The translations under genes and the position numbers were made by a program. Source: a virus (taxonomy: Duplodnaviria > Caudoviricetes). From it: a DNA stretch of 64,000 nucleotides. Within the stretch, counting starts at the first letter, position 1. Each line of letters begins with the position of its first letter. The stretch spans positions 128,001 through 192,000 of IMG/VR virus record IMGVR_UViG_3300028048_001169; one strand, 5' to 3'. This document shows, in pieces, positions 50,701 to 60,174 of the stretch. The notes beneath the pieces are model-generated. The model worked only from the letters and a program-made list of their open reading frames with translations. It made no database searches and had not been told where the DNA came from.

Positions 50701-52872
50701 ACAAAACCTACAATGTCTGGTACTTATACTCGTTGTTCTATTTTGAATTGTGAAATTCCATTGGTTGTAATTGCTGGTTATGTCGATGGTTTGGATAAGT
50801 TATTAAAGAGAGCTGGTATTGAATTCCATTGGCAGGAATCTATTAATAATGAGATTCGTCAAGATCCATTATTAGCAACCATTCGATTCAAAGATGGATA
50901 CTTAGTATACAGAATTTCATATTCTGCATGTCTATTATTGAATGGGTTGAAAGATTGCGGTACAGAAAATTACTCTATGGCTGATATGAATTCTAAATAT
51001 ACTTATATTGAATTCTTAGATAATTTTGGAGGTAGAGTAAAAGCTGATGGTATTGAGAACTTTAATGACTGTTTAGTAGACCCTATATCAAAAGAAATCA
51101 TGGAGTATTATAAGATGCCAACAGATTTTGTAGGATTATTACTCTATGTCAATACACTTTTAGCAGATAATAAATACATTCGTCATACAGATACTTCTTC
51201 TAGAAGAATTCGTAGAGCAGAATTAGTTGCTGCTTATGTATATGAAGCATTAACTGAATCTTATGCTATTTGGACAAGACAGATTCGTCATGGAAGAAAG
51301 AATGTAAAGTTTGTTATCAAACAGTCTGCTGTTATTGACAAGATCTTACAGTCTCCAATTTCTCAGGATGATTCTATTAATAATGCCTTAGGTGCAGTAG
51401 AAGCTACAAATGCTATTTCTTATAAGGGTAAATCTGGTCTTAATAATGATCGTTCCTATTCATTGGATAAGCGAGGATTTGATGAGACAATGTTGAATGT
51501 TATGGGTTGCTCTACAACATTCGCTCCTAGTGCTGGTATTACTCGTATTGCTACAATGAATATGAATGTTGATGGTCCGAGAGGATTTATCAAACAGATT
51601 AATTCTGATACTTCTAAGATGGATACTGCTAATACATTATCAGCTACAGAAGCTATGATTCCTTTTGAAGCAACACATGATGATAATACCCGTGTATTAA
51701 TGTCATTTGTACAGACAGCAAAGCATCAGGTAAGAGTTAATAAATCTGATCCTTTACTTGTTACATCTGGAGTAGATGAAGCATTACCTTATCTTACAAC
51801 AGATAAGTTTGCTTATAAAGCAAAGGGTAAAGGTAAAGTATTATCCATATCAGAAAAGGGAATGATTATTCAGTATTCTGATAATAAGAAAGATTATATT
51901 AGTTTTGAAGATACCATTGAGAAGAATTCAGATGGTGGATATTATGTACCTATGAAGCTTCAACCGAATAAGGGATTAAAAGCCGGTTCTACATTTAAAG
52001 ACGGTGAAGTATTGGCATACGATCCAGCAAGCTTTTCTAATTCTTTAGGAGAAGATGATAATATAGCTTACAATGCAGGTACATTAGCTAAAGTAGCAAT
52101 CATCAATTCTGATGAAGGATATGAAGATTCTGGTGTATGTACCAAGAAGTTATCTAATGAATTGATTACTCAGGTTATCTATAAATTTGAGCATGTAATC
52201 GAGAAAGATGCTATTATTTATCGTACACCAGAAATTGGTAAATATGTCAATGTAGGAGATCCTCTTCTTGTATGGCAAGATCCATTTGAAGATTCTGACG
52301 CTAATTCTATTTTACGTGTTATGGGAAAAGATACAGAGATATCTGATCTTGGACGTAGAAAGATTGAATCTGAAACAACCGGTACAATTGTAGGTGTTAA
52401 AGTATATCGTACATGTGAGTTAGCTGATATGAGTGAATCTGTACGGAAGTTCGTTAGTGCTTATGAGAAACCAATTAAAGCATTAAAGAAAGAACTTGAA
52501 GCTCAAGGAATTGATACAAAGACAATGCCGGCTACTTATGCACTACCAACAACTGGTAAGTTAAAGAAAGCAGAAGATGCTATCTATGTAGAAGTTTATG
52601 TTCAGCATCAGGATGTTCCTGGTATTGGAGATAAGATTACATACTTTGCTGCAAATAAAGCTGTATTACGTTCTATTATTCCAGAAGGTAAAGAGCCATA
52701 TACAGACTTTAGACCAAATGAAGAAGTATCAGCTATGCTTTCTGTATCGTCTATTAATAAGCGAATGGTTACTTCTATTCTAATGAATGGCTCTCTAAAT
52801 AAGTTAATGATCGAATTGGATCGATCTGTTAAAGATATCTTAGGCATATCTTACGATGAGTCTGAATTATAA
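47782..52872 (+). CDS. RNAP beta subunit, unsplit, with long N-terminal extension (putative virion RNAP)
   Basis: GPRG, HDDNTRVLMS..Q, GYEDS, GDKITYFAANKAV (equivalent to GDK..RHGNKGV), INKRM; late promoter at 47743. Confidence 0.9.
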   Translation: MIFTKDVKNLKIYKRQMYLPTLENDRTSPNKKTNSAIFLLTPNRRSSVALMQHPLLVNKLRYSSYYIERDIMYFIDSKYMSEDESLDEAYLYEDTTDQSPVQYTGFAPDVEKIKSIFTVEDFNNILQDLGINHRVSLVLEVGDFPGIDEYFEFSVADIDDHTVVRVHVPRHNLSEGLEMYSRRILNFVYKAIYIAFHQDEYETNNASIVADTYTDADTSFNGRDLEKIIRNEAKSAPITMDNLAKKFRYATTSKFKRQYSKKLNTLKRNMDQISDSMKISLNIPTVGSTASSGTSESVYTKNLENLLIRLDEGADYMRFGASTIAFSEASYAKYDMQLKRMLFKDRIKKRKTILDLDDQMKAEIPDIKFAYPELGRYNKKNLFVDLYYYNQSFFKNNTWKMKRGFDLYLDLLDRIINDNRITEAGYKKKTIFIPIMDWTNNPNTRMWLYKETINPMSIIYELMLKDPQKIKKVFGDKDVFFFSKDKYFKLNFMDIVTPREMKAASNKFRVFIQKIVANSDFEPEDLDSDVSNSPDAVKTAIYDKIEVAKGVDLTGKEKASKADLEALAKHNPKVAAKNLPFDTSVISKNNSAVDAKTSGEKELEKEEKDGEVTASVDTLKKLEREDDLQRLASKIDHLSTDAVDAEEVLNKMDNDQDIKELIMALDKSNNDSVDISATRAARINKLSDDLMTKEINGVSVKDLLNTKSNKQTIKTSSLPVNSVSDSWQNMTYMNFDKNYNIDQDVVACFNHFATVSMPFAIRDITVEDTSTSEDRIETYNVKIEDFRDKNNRQTIKLDIPIIEDNRFLLRGNAKVISTQFLNMPVLKTDLDTAQIITNYQKIFIRRFRTSTGRSNPIASSLIKALQKYKGRDLKISFGDNSRISNSYQLPIDYIDISGVINSIEYPEKNIKIYFSQKEIHNDYPNINDAKGVPYMVNTKTKAITYYNDMHEFFASKVVDALSSSKGFMELYSTTKPTMSGTYTRCSILNCEIPLVVIAGYVDGLDKLLKRAGIEFHWQESINNEIRQDPLLATIRFKDGYLVYRISYSACLLLNGLKDCGTENYSMADMNSKYTYIEFLDNFGGRVKADGIENFNDCLVDPISKEIMEYYKMPTDFVGLLLYVNTLLADNKYIRHTDTSSRRIRRAELVAAYVYEALTESYAIWTRQIRHGRKNVKFVIKQSAVIDKILQSPISQDDSINNALGAVEATNAISYKGKSGLNNDRSYSLDKRGFDETMLNVMGCSTTFAPSAGITRIATMNMNVDGPRGFIKQINSDTSKMDTANTLSATEAMIPFEATHDDNTRVLMSFVQTAKHQVRVNKSDPLLVTSGVDEALPYLTTDKFAYKAKGKGKVLSISEKGMIIQYSDNKKDYISFEDTIEKNSDGGYYVPMKLQPNKGLKAGSTFKDGEVLAYDPASFSNSLGEDDNIAYNAGTLAKVAIINSDEGYEDSGVCTKKLSNELITQVIYKFEHVIEKDAIIYRTPEIGKYVNVGDPLLVWQDPFEDSDANSILRVMGKDTEISDLGRRKIESETTGTIVGVKVYRTCELADMSESVRKFVSAYEKPIKALKKELEAQGIDTKTMPATYALPTTGKLKKAEDAIYVEVYVQHQDVPGIGDKITYFAANKAVLRSIIPEGKEPYTDFRPNEEVSAMLSVSSINKRMVTSILMNGSLNKLMIELDRSVKDILGISYDESEL

Positions 52873-52992
52873 TTAACCAAGTACCCAGAGGAGTATGATT
52901 TCCTCTGGGTATTTTATTGTAAAATATTATTTTATAGTAAACTCTTAAATAAAAAAAATATAGTTCTAAATCTTTAAAGGAGGTAAACATAT

Positions 52993-53766
52993 ATGGCTAT
53001 AAATTCTGATATTGTAGGAATCTCTACAGATTTAGAGGTTGCTACAATATTGAGTAACTTTTCTGATGATATGATTGAAGACGTCATCAGAGAATCAATT
53101 ATGGAATATCGATTCCGACCATTTACATCAAGAGGTCCAAATTACCCAGAAATTCTTAATAATCAAATTTTGAATATTAAGTATCACAGTACGGGACATG
53201 ATGATGAAATTGAGCAAAAGAGGATCGATGTTCAGAGAACCATCATTGATGCAATTTGTAAAGCGTATAATCTTTCTCTATCAGATGATATTCCAGATGA
53301 GAAAGTATATACAATTTCTTATATTATGTATCAATTGTTTGTATCAGAGTTTACGATTCGATCTGCTAATTTCTATACACAGTTTATTGTAAATCATATG
53401 CATGAAATGATTAAGCAGCTTGATTTAAAAGATAAGAATATTAAGAGTGTATATTCTAAGAAGATCTATACAGATACAAACTATATTATCATATATGATA
53501 ATATTGATAAGATAACCGATATTCTTTGTACATTGGATATCGAGTTACCAGATTTAATTGAATATTTATCTGATAAGAATACCTCTGATTTATTATCAGA
53601 ATACTTGGTAGATAATGGTGATTGCTATCAGGAACAATTTGCACCATTCTTAGTAGGTGAAGATACTAGAGCAGCTATGATCACTCAGATACGTTTCAAC
53701 TTTGTATCATTAACACAAGATCATAGATCAGAATATGGATTAAATAATATAGTTAAAGGAGAGTAA
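52993..53766 (+). CDS. Hypothetical protein
   Basis: 257 aa, late promoter at 52940. Confidence 0.7.
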   Translation: MAINSDIVGISTDLEVATILSNFSDDMIEDVIRESIMEYRFRPFTSRGPNYPEILNNQILNIKYHSTGHDDEIEQKRIDVQRTIIDAICKAYNLSLSDDIPDEKVYTISYIMYQLFVSEFTIRSANFYTQFIVNHMHEMIKQLDLKDKNIKSVYSKKIYTDTNYIIIYDNIDKITDILCTLDIELPDLIEYLSDKNTSDLLSEYLVDNGDCYQEQFAPFLVGEDTRAAMITQIRFNFVSLTQDHRSEYGLNNIVKGE

Positions 53767-53770
53767 TAAC

Positions 53771-54916
53771 ATGGAAAATCAGAACGCAGAAACAATCGTA
53801 AATGGCTTGGAGAATGGAGAACTTCAGTTTGATCCAGAGATAGTAGATGGTAAGATCGTTAGTATGGGTATGATAACAAGTATGGATATTGCCAGAGGAG
53901 CAGAAGTTCAATGCGAAGAATCAGATGATGAAATCGAAGAATCTGAAGAAGACTTTGATGAGGAAGATGAAGTTGTAGAGCTTGTAAAAGCAGAGCCTCT
54001 TACAACAGAAGAGAAGCTGGCGAATCTTGGCGAAGCTGCTATGGATGATGATGTAGAAATTACAGCAGATGATATCAAGAATGAATATAAGAATTCTTCT
54101 TATATGAGTGGAGTAGATCTTAATGATGATGAGATTCTTAAGATCTTGAATATAGTTAATCGTATTAAGAATAAAGAGAATGTTAATGTCTATGCTGAGT
54201 TACCAGATAGTGTTCGTTCTGCTATTAATAAATACTTAGCAGATAATGGTATCGTCGGATTCACTCCAGCAGGAAATGCTGCTCGTAAAGAAATTGCTCA
54301 TGCAATGATTAATGAGTTTATCGCAGATATCTCTGTAGAGAAGACAATTGATGGCTTTAATGATCAGATGGAGAATATGTTTGAGAAGGCTGGTAAGGAA
54401 TTATCTGCTATGTATGCTGATTATGAGAAGGAGCGTACTTCTTACTTAGAATCTCTATTAGAAAAAGTTCCAGAGGACGATCCTAAGAGAGAAACTCTCA
54501 TTAAGACATTAGACTCCATCTATGATGCATTTAAGTTAGAGCGATTAAAAGAAGTTGCTGCTAAGTTCCGTAAGGTAAAACCGATCGAATTAGAAAAGCC
54601 TCAGCAGAGAGTATTCTCTTATTTTGAGAATAAGTACAAGGATGTAGATTATCATATGTATTCTCTTTCTATGTGCTTAGGTATTCTTGATAAGCATAAT
54701 ACTGGAGTATCTCATAATGATAACTTGAAATTCTTAATTGCATTTGCTAAGTTCTGTAAGAACTATGATCCTTCTGTATCATATGAGCACGCTTTCATGT
54801 ATTATGTAACTTACAATATCGTACTCTTAGATATCTATAAGGGTGAGGAGTTAGAAGATTACGCTCCAAAGCTTTTAGAGAATATTAATGCCGTTATTGC
54901 TATACTGAATAGCTGA
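53771..54916 (+). CDS. Acidic hypothetical protein carrying a 55-bp copy of part of gene 5544..7193
   Basis: 381 aa; acidic N-terminal region. Confidence 0.7.
   Translation: MENQNAETIVNGLENGELQFDPEIVDGKIVSMGMITSMDIARGAEVQCEESDDEIEESEEDFDEEDEVVELVKAEPLTTEEKLANLGEAAMDDDVEITADDIKNEYKNSSYMSGVDLNDDEILKILNIVNRIKNKENVNVYAELPDSVRSAINKYLADNGIVGFTPAGNAARKEIAHAMINEFIADISVEKTIDGFNDQMENMFEKAGKELSAMYADYEKERTSYLESLLEKVPEDDPKRETLIKTLDSIYDAFKLERLKEVAAKFRKVKPIELEKPQQRVFSYFENKYKDVDYHMYSLSMCLGILDKHNTGVSHNDNLKFLIAFAKFCKNYDPSVSYEHAFMYYVTYNIVLLDIYKGEELEDYAPKLLENINAVIAILNS
53859..53913 (+). repeat. Dispersed 55-bp direct repeat, partner at 6823-6877
   Basis: 51/55 identical, same reading frame (MGMITSMD..RGAE.Q). 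Confidence 0.92.
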
Positions 54917-54966
54917 TTTCGTTTACTCTTAGGATTAGAAATTTTCCTAAGAGTAAATTTTGTTTT

Positions 54967-54980
54967 AATCATATATTATA
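54967..54980 (+). promoter_or_regulatory. Early promoter
   Basis: AATCATATATTATA. Confidence 0.75.
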
Positions 54981-54998
54981 TACTAGAAAGGAGGTTTC

Positions 54999-55709
54999 AT
55001 GTCATTTATATCATCAGAATTTATCAATGAATACACACTGAATATTTTTACAGATGCAAGCTTTACAAAAGTCCAAGGTAGAGATTATACTTGTGGTGGT
55101 GCTGTTGTTACAATCAATGGTTCTATTGTGGATATAGAATATCGGATTTATAATGATAGCACTAGTAATTATGGAGAACTAGAGGCATTATCTCTCGGTG
55201 TAGGATTAGCTAGTAAATGGAGAAACAGAGTAAATTGTATTAATATCTTTTCTGATTCTCAGGTATCTGTATTTGGTATTCGAGATAGAATTCATAATTG
55301 GACACTTGGTAAAGATGGTAAGTTGCATGGGTATGGTGGAACAGTTATTAAGAACCAAGATCTATTTGTAGAGATGGTTTATATTATTACACGTAACCAA
55401 TTACCAATTAATTTCTATCATCAAAAAGGTCATGTCTCAGTAAACAATTACGATAGCCTTAACAATGCTATACACGTATTCTGTTCGTCTAATGGTATTA
55501 GAGAACAGGTTGATATTAATCTAATCAAGTTTATTACAGACATGAATAATTACGTTGATAAATATACACGTAAAAAGCTACATACAGAAGAGTTAAATGT
55601 ATCAATCAAACCGGCATTTCATTTCACTCCAATGGATGGATTTGATATGACGAGAGAATATTTCAGTAACCTAACAAATCAAGGAGGACTTAACAATGAA
55701 GAAAAATGA
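54999..55709 (+). CDS. rnhA: Ribonuclease HI
   Basis: IFTDAS, SNYGELEA, FSDSQ, HQKGH, NNYVD. Confidence 0.88.
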   Translation: MSFISSEFINEYTLNIFTDASFTKVQGRDYTCGGAVVTINGSIVDIEYRIYNDSTSNYGELEALSLGVGLASKWRNRVNCINIFSDSQVSVFGIRDRIHNWTLGKDGKLHGYGGTVIKNQDLFVEMVYIITRNQLPINFYHQKGHVSVNNYDSLNNAIHVFCSSNGIREQVDINLIKFITDMNNYVDKYTRKKLHTEELNVSIKPAFHFTPMDGFDMTREYFSNLTNQGGLNNEEK

Positions 55710-56622
55710 AGTAAAGAAGCAGCCACATGATCCGTTTATTCGACTTGATGCTATTGGAGTAGAATTTCAAGAGCCTAAGGATCTAGTTGGAGAGAATGGA
55801 TCCATGATATACTTTCAGTCATCAGATCCAAAACGTAATTCTCAAGTTGTAACGACAGAAGATGCACTTACGAGACCATTGAATGAGAATATGGAGCTCA
55901 TGAAAATGATCATTACGCATAATATGGATCAGAATTTAGCTCAGTATTATACAAAACAGTATAATGCTAATTTAGCTTCATTACTGGCTTATCGTATCAA
56001 GAATTCTGTTATTAGTAATGCAAATATTATTTATGAGCAAGGTTTAGGATCTTTTATTACACCATACCTCATTAATATTTCTTCTGATAAATTTGGACCA
56101 TGGAATCATGTATGTACCAAGAAACCAGATTTCAATAATATTAGAGTAAACGCTCAAGATTTCTCTACAGATTTCATATATCAGGAGCGATATACAAAGG
56201 ATCCTAATTATATCTATACAGATGCTGAAGCATATATGGGAGCACAGTCATTAGTTACCAATATTTCAAAACAGGTTGCAGATGACTATATGTACTTTAT
56301 TAATGATATTTTCTATATAAATGCAATGGATATACATGCATTTGTTAAATCTGTATCTGATATGAATATTCCTCAGGAGAATGAATTAGCTTATGCGATG
56401 TCAGTTATTAATGAGATTGTATCTCGAGATGTAGACCGCATTACTGACATGATCCTCAGTATTTGTATGAATGTATTCTATGAGTTTACGAATAAGCAGG
56501 TTAATATTAAGTCTGCTTTAGGGCAGGCTATTATGAATCCAAAAGATCAGATAATTGATCAAGAGGAACAGTCTATTCATAGAACGCTTCCTAAGATTGA
56601 TAGAGAGCAAAATGATTTTTAA
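55696..56622 (+). CDS. Hypothetical protein
   Basis: 308 aa, AGGAGG RBS. Confidence 0.7.
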   Translation: MKKNEVKKQPHDPFIRLDAIGVEFQEPKDLVGENGSMIYFQSSDPKRNSQVVTTEDALTRPLNENMELMKMIITHNMDQNLAQYYTKQYNANLASLLAYRIKNSVISNANIIYEQGLGSFITPYLINISSDKFGPWNHVCTKKPDFNNIRVNAQDFSTDFIYQERYTKDPNYIYTDAEAYMGAQSLVTNISKQVADDYMYFINDIFYINAMDIHAFVKSVSDMNIPQENELAYAMSVINEIVSRDVDRITDMILSICMNVFYEFTNKQVNIKSALGQAIMNPKDQIIDQEEQSIHRTLPKIDREQNDF

Positions 56623-56634
56623 TCATATATTATA
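56621..56634 (+). promoter_or_regulatory. Early promoter
   Basis: AATCATATATTATA. Confidence 0.75.
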
Positions 56635-56692
56635 AATATGGATAGGTAATAGCACTATAAGCTAAATAGTCCAGAAAAGGAGGCAAGAAAAT

Positions 56693-58210
56693 TTGCAACA
56701 GTATAATTATTATACTGGTCAAGCGACATCAGTTTCAAACATGACAGATCCGAATGATCAGTCAGGTCAGTTTGCTCTGGATATGAGTCAGTATTATCCT
56801 CAGCAACCAGTACAACAACAAGCAACTTATCAACAACAGCAATTTCCCATGAATCAGCCGATGCAGTATCAGCAACCAAATTATCCACAACAACAGCCAA
56901 TGTGGAACAATGGTTACGGATATCAGCAGCAGTCACCAATGATGAACAATGGATATGGATATCAACAACAGCCAATGATGAATTCATACCAGCAACCTCA
57001 AATGCAGCCTTGGGGTTATCAAGCACCACAGCCAGGTGCACCTATGAATACACCTACAATGCAAGTTGGTAATCCAGTATTCAGAGTTGGAACAAAACCT
57101 ATGGGTCCTATGACACAGCCAGTAGGAACTTATAACCCATATACACAACAGGCTATGTTTGCAGTAAACACTCAGCCACAGGACAAAGTTGTGCATGTTC
57201 CAGGTTATGCCCCATTTGGTTCTGCTGGAGTTCTCAGTGACAATCTGATGGAACAGTGTGAACAAATGCAGGTCGACATGATGGTTGACATGGAGAAAGC
57301 AATCGCAGCTAGAGAAGCCAGATCCCAAGGTACATTCTATAACAATGGATGGGGTGGATATTTTGGCTATCAGAGTAATCCATATTTTGATCAAGGTGTC
57401 TATAATCAGTATATGGATAAAGTAAAAGAGATGGCAAATTCTATGATGGTTCGTAGAAAAGAATTATCTAAAGGTATTTCTCAGATGGTTCACAGCTATC
57501 TCAATGATGGTGTAACAGAAGAACAAATCAATGATTTGTACGATGGATATACATATATCATTCCAGGATCTACAATCCAGGAACAGTATAATCAAAATCG
57601 ATTTGCTCGTATGAAACCATTCAACAATGCATATCTCTATCAGAAACATAGTGAAGAAGTATCAAAAGCTTATCATATGCTGGCACCAGCTGGAAGAAAT
57701 ATGAATGAGTTCTTTGAAGATTGTGGAATGCTGATCTTAGCAGATAAGTTAGAGCAGCAATGCCATGTAAATCGTGATACTTCAAGAGTTTATAATGGAG
57801 ATGCATATCATCGTTATTTAAGAAAATACGCTGCTGCTAATCATTTGGGTGAGAAGCAGAAACTACAGGAGGAGCTTGAGAGAAGACAGAAGAATTTAGT
57901 AGACCAGATAAAACAAGGAGATTTCAGTAATTTACCTACAACACATTATGAAGCAGCAAAGATGCTCTTAGGAGATAAGGCTGCCGAAAGTTACATGCGA
58001 GTTGGCAAAATGTTAGGCTTTGATGTTGGCGAAGCACCACTTGAAGTCTTAGGACCACCAGATCAATATGGTACACCTGTCACAGATACAGGACCTATCC
58101 TCACAGATGAAGAAGAAGCCAAGTTTAATATGCGGCGAGATAATTTTGTAAATAGTATATGGCAACGAGAATCGTATGCTGAAAGAAATTACAAAGGAGG
58201 TATTACATGA
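56693..58210 (+). CDS. Protein with Q/P/Y/N/M-rich low-complexity N-terminus
   Basis: Repeated QQP(M), NNGYGYQQQ twice; TTG start after AGGAGG. Confidence 0.75.
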   Translation: MQQYNYYTGQATSVSNMTDPNDQSGQFALDMSQYYPQQPVQQQATYQQQQFPMNQPMQYQQPNYPQQQPMWNNGYGYQQQSPMMNNGYGYQQQPMMNSYQQPQMQPWGYQAPQPGAPMNTPTMQVGNPVFRVGTKPMGPMTQPVGTYNPYTQQAMFAVNTQPQDKVVHVPGYAPFGSAGVLSDNLMEQCEQMQVDMMVDMEKAIAAREARSQGTFYNNGWGGYFGYQSNPYFDQGVYNQYMDKVKEMANSMMVRRKELSKGISQMVHSYLNDGVTEEQINDLYDGYTYIIPGSTIQEQYNQNRFARMKPFNNAYLYQKHSEEVSKAYHMLAPAGRNMNEFFEDCGMLILADKLEQQCHVNRDTSRVYNGDAYHRYLRKYAAANHLGEKQKLQEELERRQKNLVDQIKQGDFSNLPTTHYEAAKMLLGDKAAESYMRVGKMLGFDVGEAPLEVLGPPDQYGTPVTDTGPILTDEEEAKFNMRRDNFVNSIWQRESYAERNYKGGIT

Positions 58211-60162
58211 TACCTGCTGACCAAAGAGTTCTTCAGACATTACAAAGTCGTGTCGTAACGCAAGATGAATTTGATTTCGATCATCTGTACGCAAGACCAT
58301 TATATAGTCTATTAACCCAATACGATATTGATCGGTTAAACAACATTGCAACGAGCAATCGTTATGCAGGAAATGCTAGGAAGAAATTCAATGCTATTTC
58401 TGAGATTATGCACGCTAGAGGATTTCGTAAGTTATCTTCTGGTACTAATCGAATTGCATATAGCTATTTTGAAGATCCTAGTATCGTAGTTAAGGTGGCT
58501 GCTGATAAAACAGCAATACATGACAATCCAAGAGAATTTTGTAACCAGAAATTCCTAAAACCATTTTGTACAAAAGTATTTGAAGTATCACCAGATGGTA
58601 CTGTTGGTCTTTTCGAAAGAGTAAGACCTATTACATCAAGAGAAGAATTCTCTACATGTGCTGAAGATGTATTTCTGTTATTGGATCTTATTACAGAAAA
58701 ATATATTCTAGCAGATATTGGTACAAAGTATTTCATGAATTATGGTATTCGTGAACGTAATAACTTTGGTCCAGTATTATTAGATTTTCCATATCTATAT
58801 GAACCAGATGGAAATAAATTAGTATGCCATAAGCAAGACCCAGAAAGTCCTATGGGATTTTGTGGTGGTTTGATTGATTATGACCCAGGTTATAATAGTC
58901 TATATTGTACAAAATGTGGTGCAAGATATAGAGCAGTAGAATTAGGAAAGTATTTGGCCAAGAATCAGATTGTTAGGAAAGGAAGCAAGAAAATGAGTTT
59001 AAGAGTTGGTTATAGTTGGAACGGTAAGAAGTATACTAATAGTGAGCCTGGTAATGATAACGTAATGCAGAATGCATCACCTGTTATTGAGACTCAGACT
59101 AAGAAATCAGAAGAGACTCATGGAGGTCTTAAGGTTACCTATCGTAAAGGTAATAAGGTAGCTCCAGTTGTTACTCCTGAGAAGATTGAGGAGAATGAGA
59201 AGTTAGCAAATGCTAATGGAAGAAAGCTGAGAGCTAAGGGTAAGTATAACAACAAGAATAAGTCTTATAATAATGACAGAAGAAAGAATGACTATAGAGA
59301 TCGTCGTTCCGACAACCGAAATAATTCTCAGGGTTCGAGAAATTCTCATATCGAACGTAAGGGAAATATCTATGATAAGAAGACTATCTCTTATGATGAT
59401 ATCAAAGAGAAGAAATTTGAGTTCTCTAGCTTTGATGCAGAGAATGGGTTGATCTTCTTTAAGAGTGGTGGTATTACAATCAGTATCCCAACTAAGGAAG
59501 TTCCGCAGGATGTAATTGATACATTAGTTCCTACAGTAGAAGTAGATGAAAATGTTGTGACTGAATTAGAGCAGGCAAAAGCTGATATTTCAGTAGCAAA
59601 AGATACTATTGATGATCTTAAGAAAACTGTAGCAGAGCTTACAGAATTAAAGAAAGCTCAGCAGGAGACTATTGATAACTATGCATCTAGTGCACAGGCT
59701 GAAGCTGATAGCTACGAGGAACTTCAGAGAAAATATGACGAGCTGAAAGAAGATCGTGATAGTCTTGGTAAAGATTATGATAAACTTGCAAACGAAAATG
59801 AGACTTATGCAAATGAAGTTGAAAAATTAAAGAAAGAACTTGAGAGTGTGTCGAATGTTGAGGATGAAAAAGCTTCAGACGACTCATTATTTGAAGAAGA
59901 AGATGAATACGATGAGTATATCCCACCGGTAGGATTCACAAAGTTATCTGGTACAATGCATGTATTAGGAGACCTAGCTCAGTCATTACAGCTTACTGTA
60001 GATGATGAGTCTAAGGATGACAAGGTTATTGCATTCCGCATTGATCCAGAAGATCCAGCAAGTGGATATTATATTGATGGTGACAATAAGGTAATTGTTG
60101 TAGATACCATTAATAATAATAACGTTAATGATATTAAGATCGTTAAGTCATCTAGTAATTAG
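58207..60162 (+). CDS. Protein-kinase-like domain plus Zn ribbon fused to a coiled-coil region
   Basis: LSSGTNRIAY (Gly loop), VVKVA (Lys), NPRE (Glu), LADIG...NYG (catalytic loop), LLDF; CTKCG; heptads at the C-terminus. Confidence 0.7.
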   Translation: MIPADQRVLQTLQSRVVTQDEFDFDHLYARPLYSLLTQYDIDRLNNIATSNRYAGNARKKFNAISEIMHARGFRKLSSGTNRIAYSYFEDPSIVVKVAADKTAIHDNPREFCNQKFLKPFCTKVFEVSPDGTVGLFERVRPITSREEFSTCAEDVFLLLDLITEKYILADIGTKYFMNYGIRERNNFGPVLLDFPYLYEPDGNKLVCHKQDPESPMGFCGGLIDYDPGYNSLYCTKCGARYRAVELGKYLAKNQIVRKGSKKMSLRVGYSWNGKKYTNSEPGNDNVMQNASPVIETQTKKSEETHGGLKVTYRKGNKVAPVVTPEKIEENEKLANANGRKLRAKGKYNNKNKSYNNDRRKNDYRDRRSDNRNNSQGSRNSHIERKGNIYDKKTISYDDIKEKKFEFSSFDAENGLIFFKSGGITISIPTKEVPQDVIDTLVPTVEVDENVVTELEQAKADISVAKDTIDDLKKTVAELTELKKAQQETIDNYASSAQAEADSYEELQRKYDELKEDRDSLGKDYDKLANENETYANEVEKLKKELESVSNVEDEKASDDSLFEEEDEYDEYIPPVGFTKLSGTMHVLGDLAQSLQLTVDDESKDDKVIAFRIDPEDPASGYYIDGDNKVIVVDTINNNNVNDIKIVKSSSN

Positions 60163-60174
60163 GAGGGATAATTT

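Noticed and set aside
6823-53913. DGR template/variable repeat pair for the 55-bp duplication
   Set aside because: Mismatches are not confined to adenines in either direction, the repeat is short, and no reverse transcriptase is present in the window.
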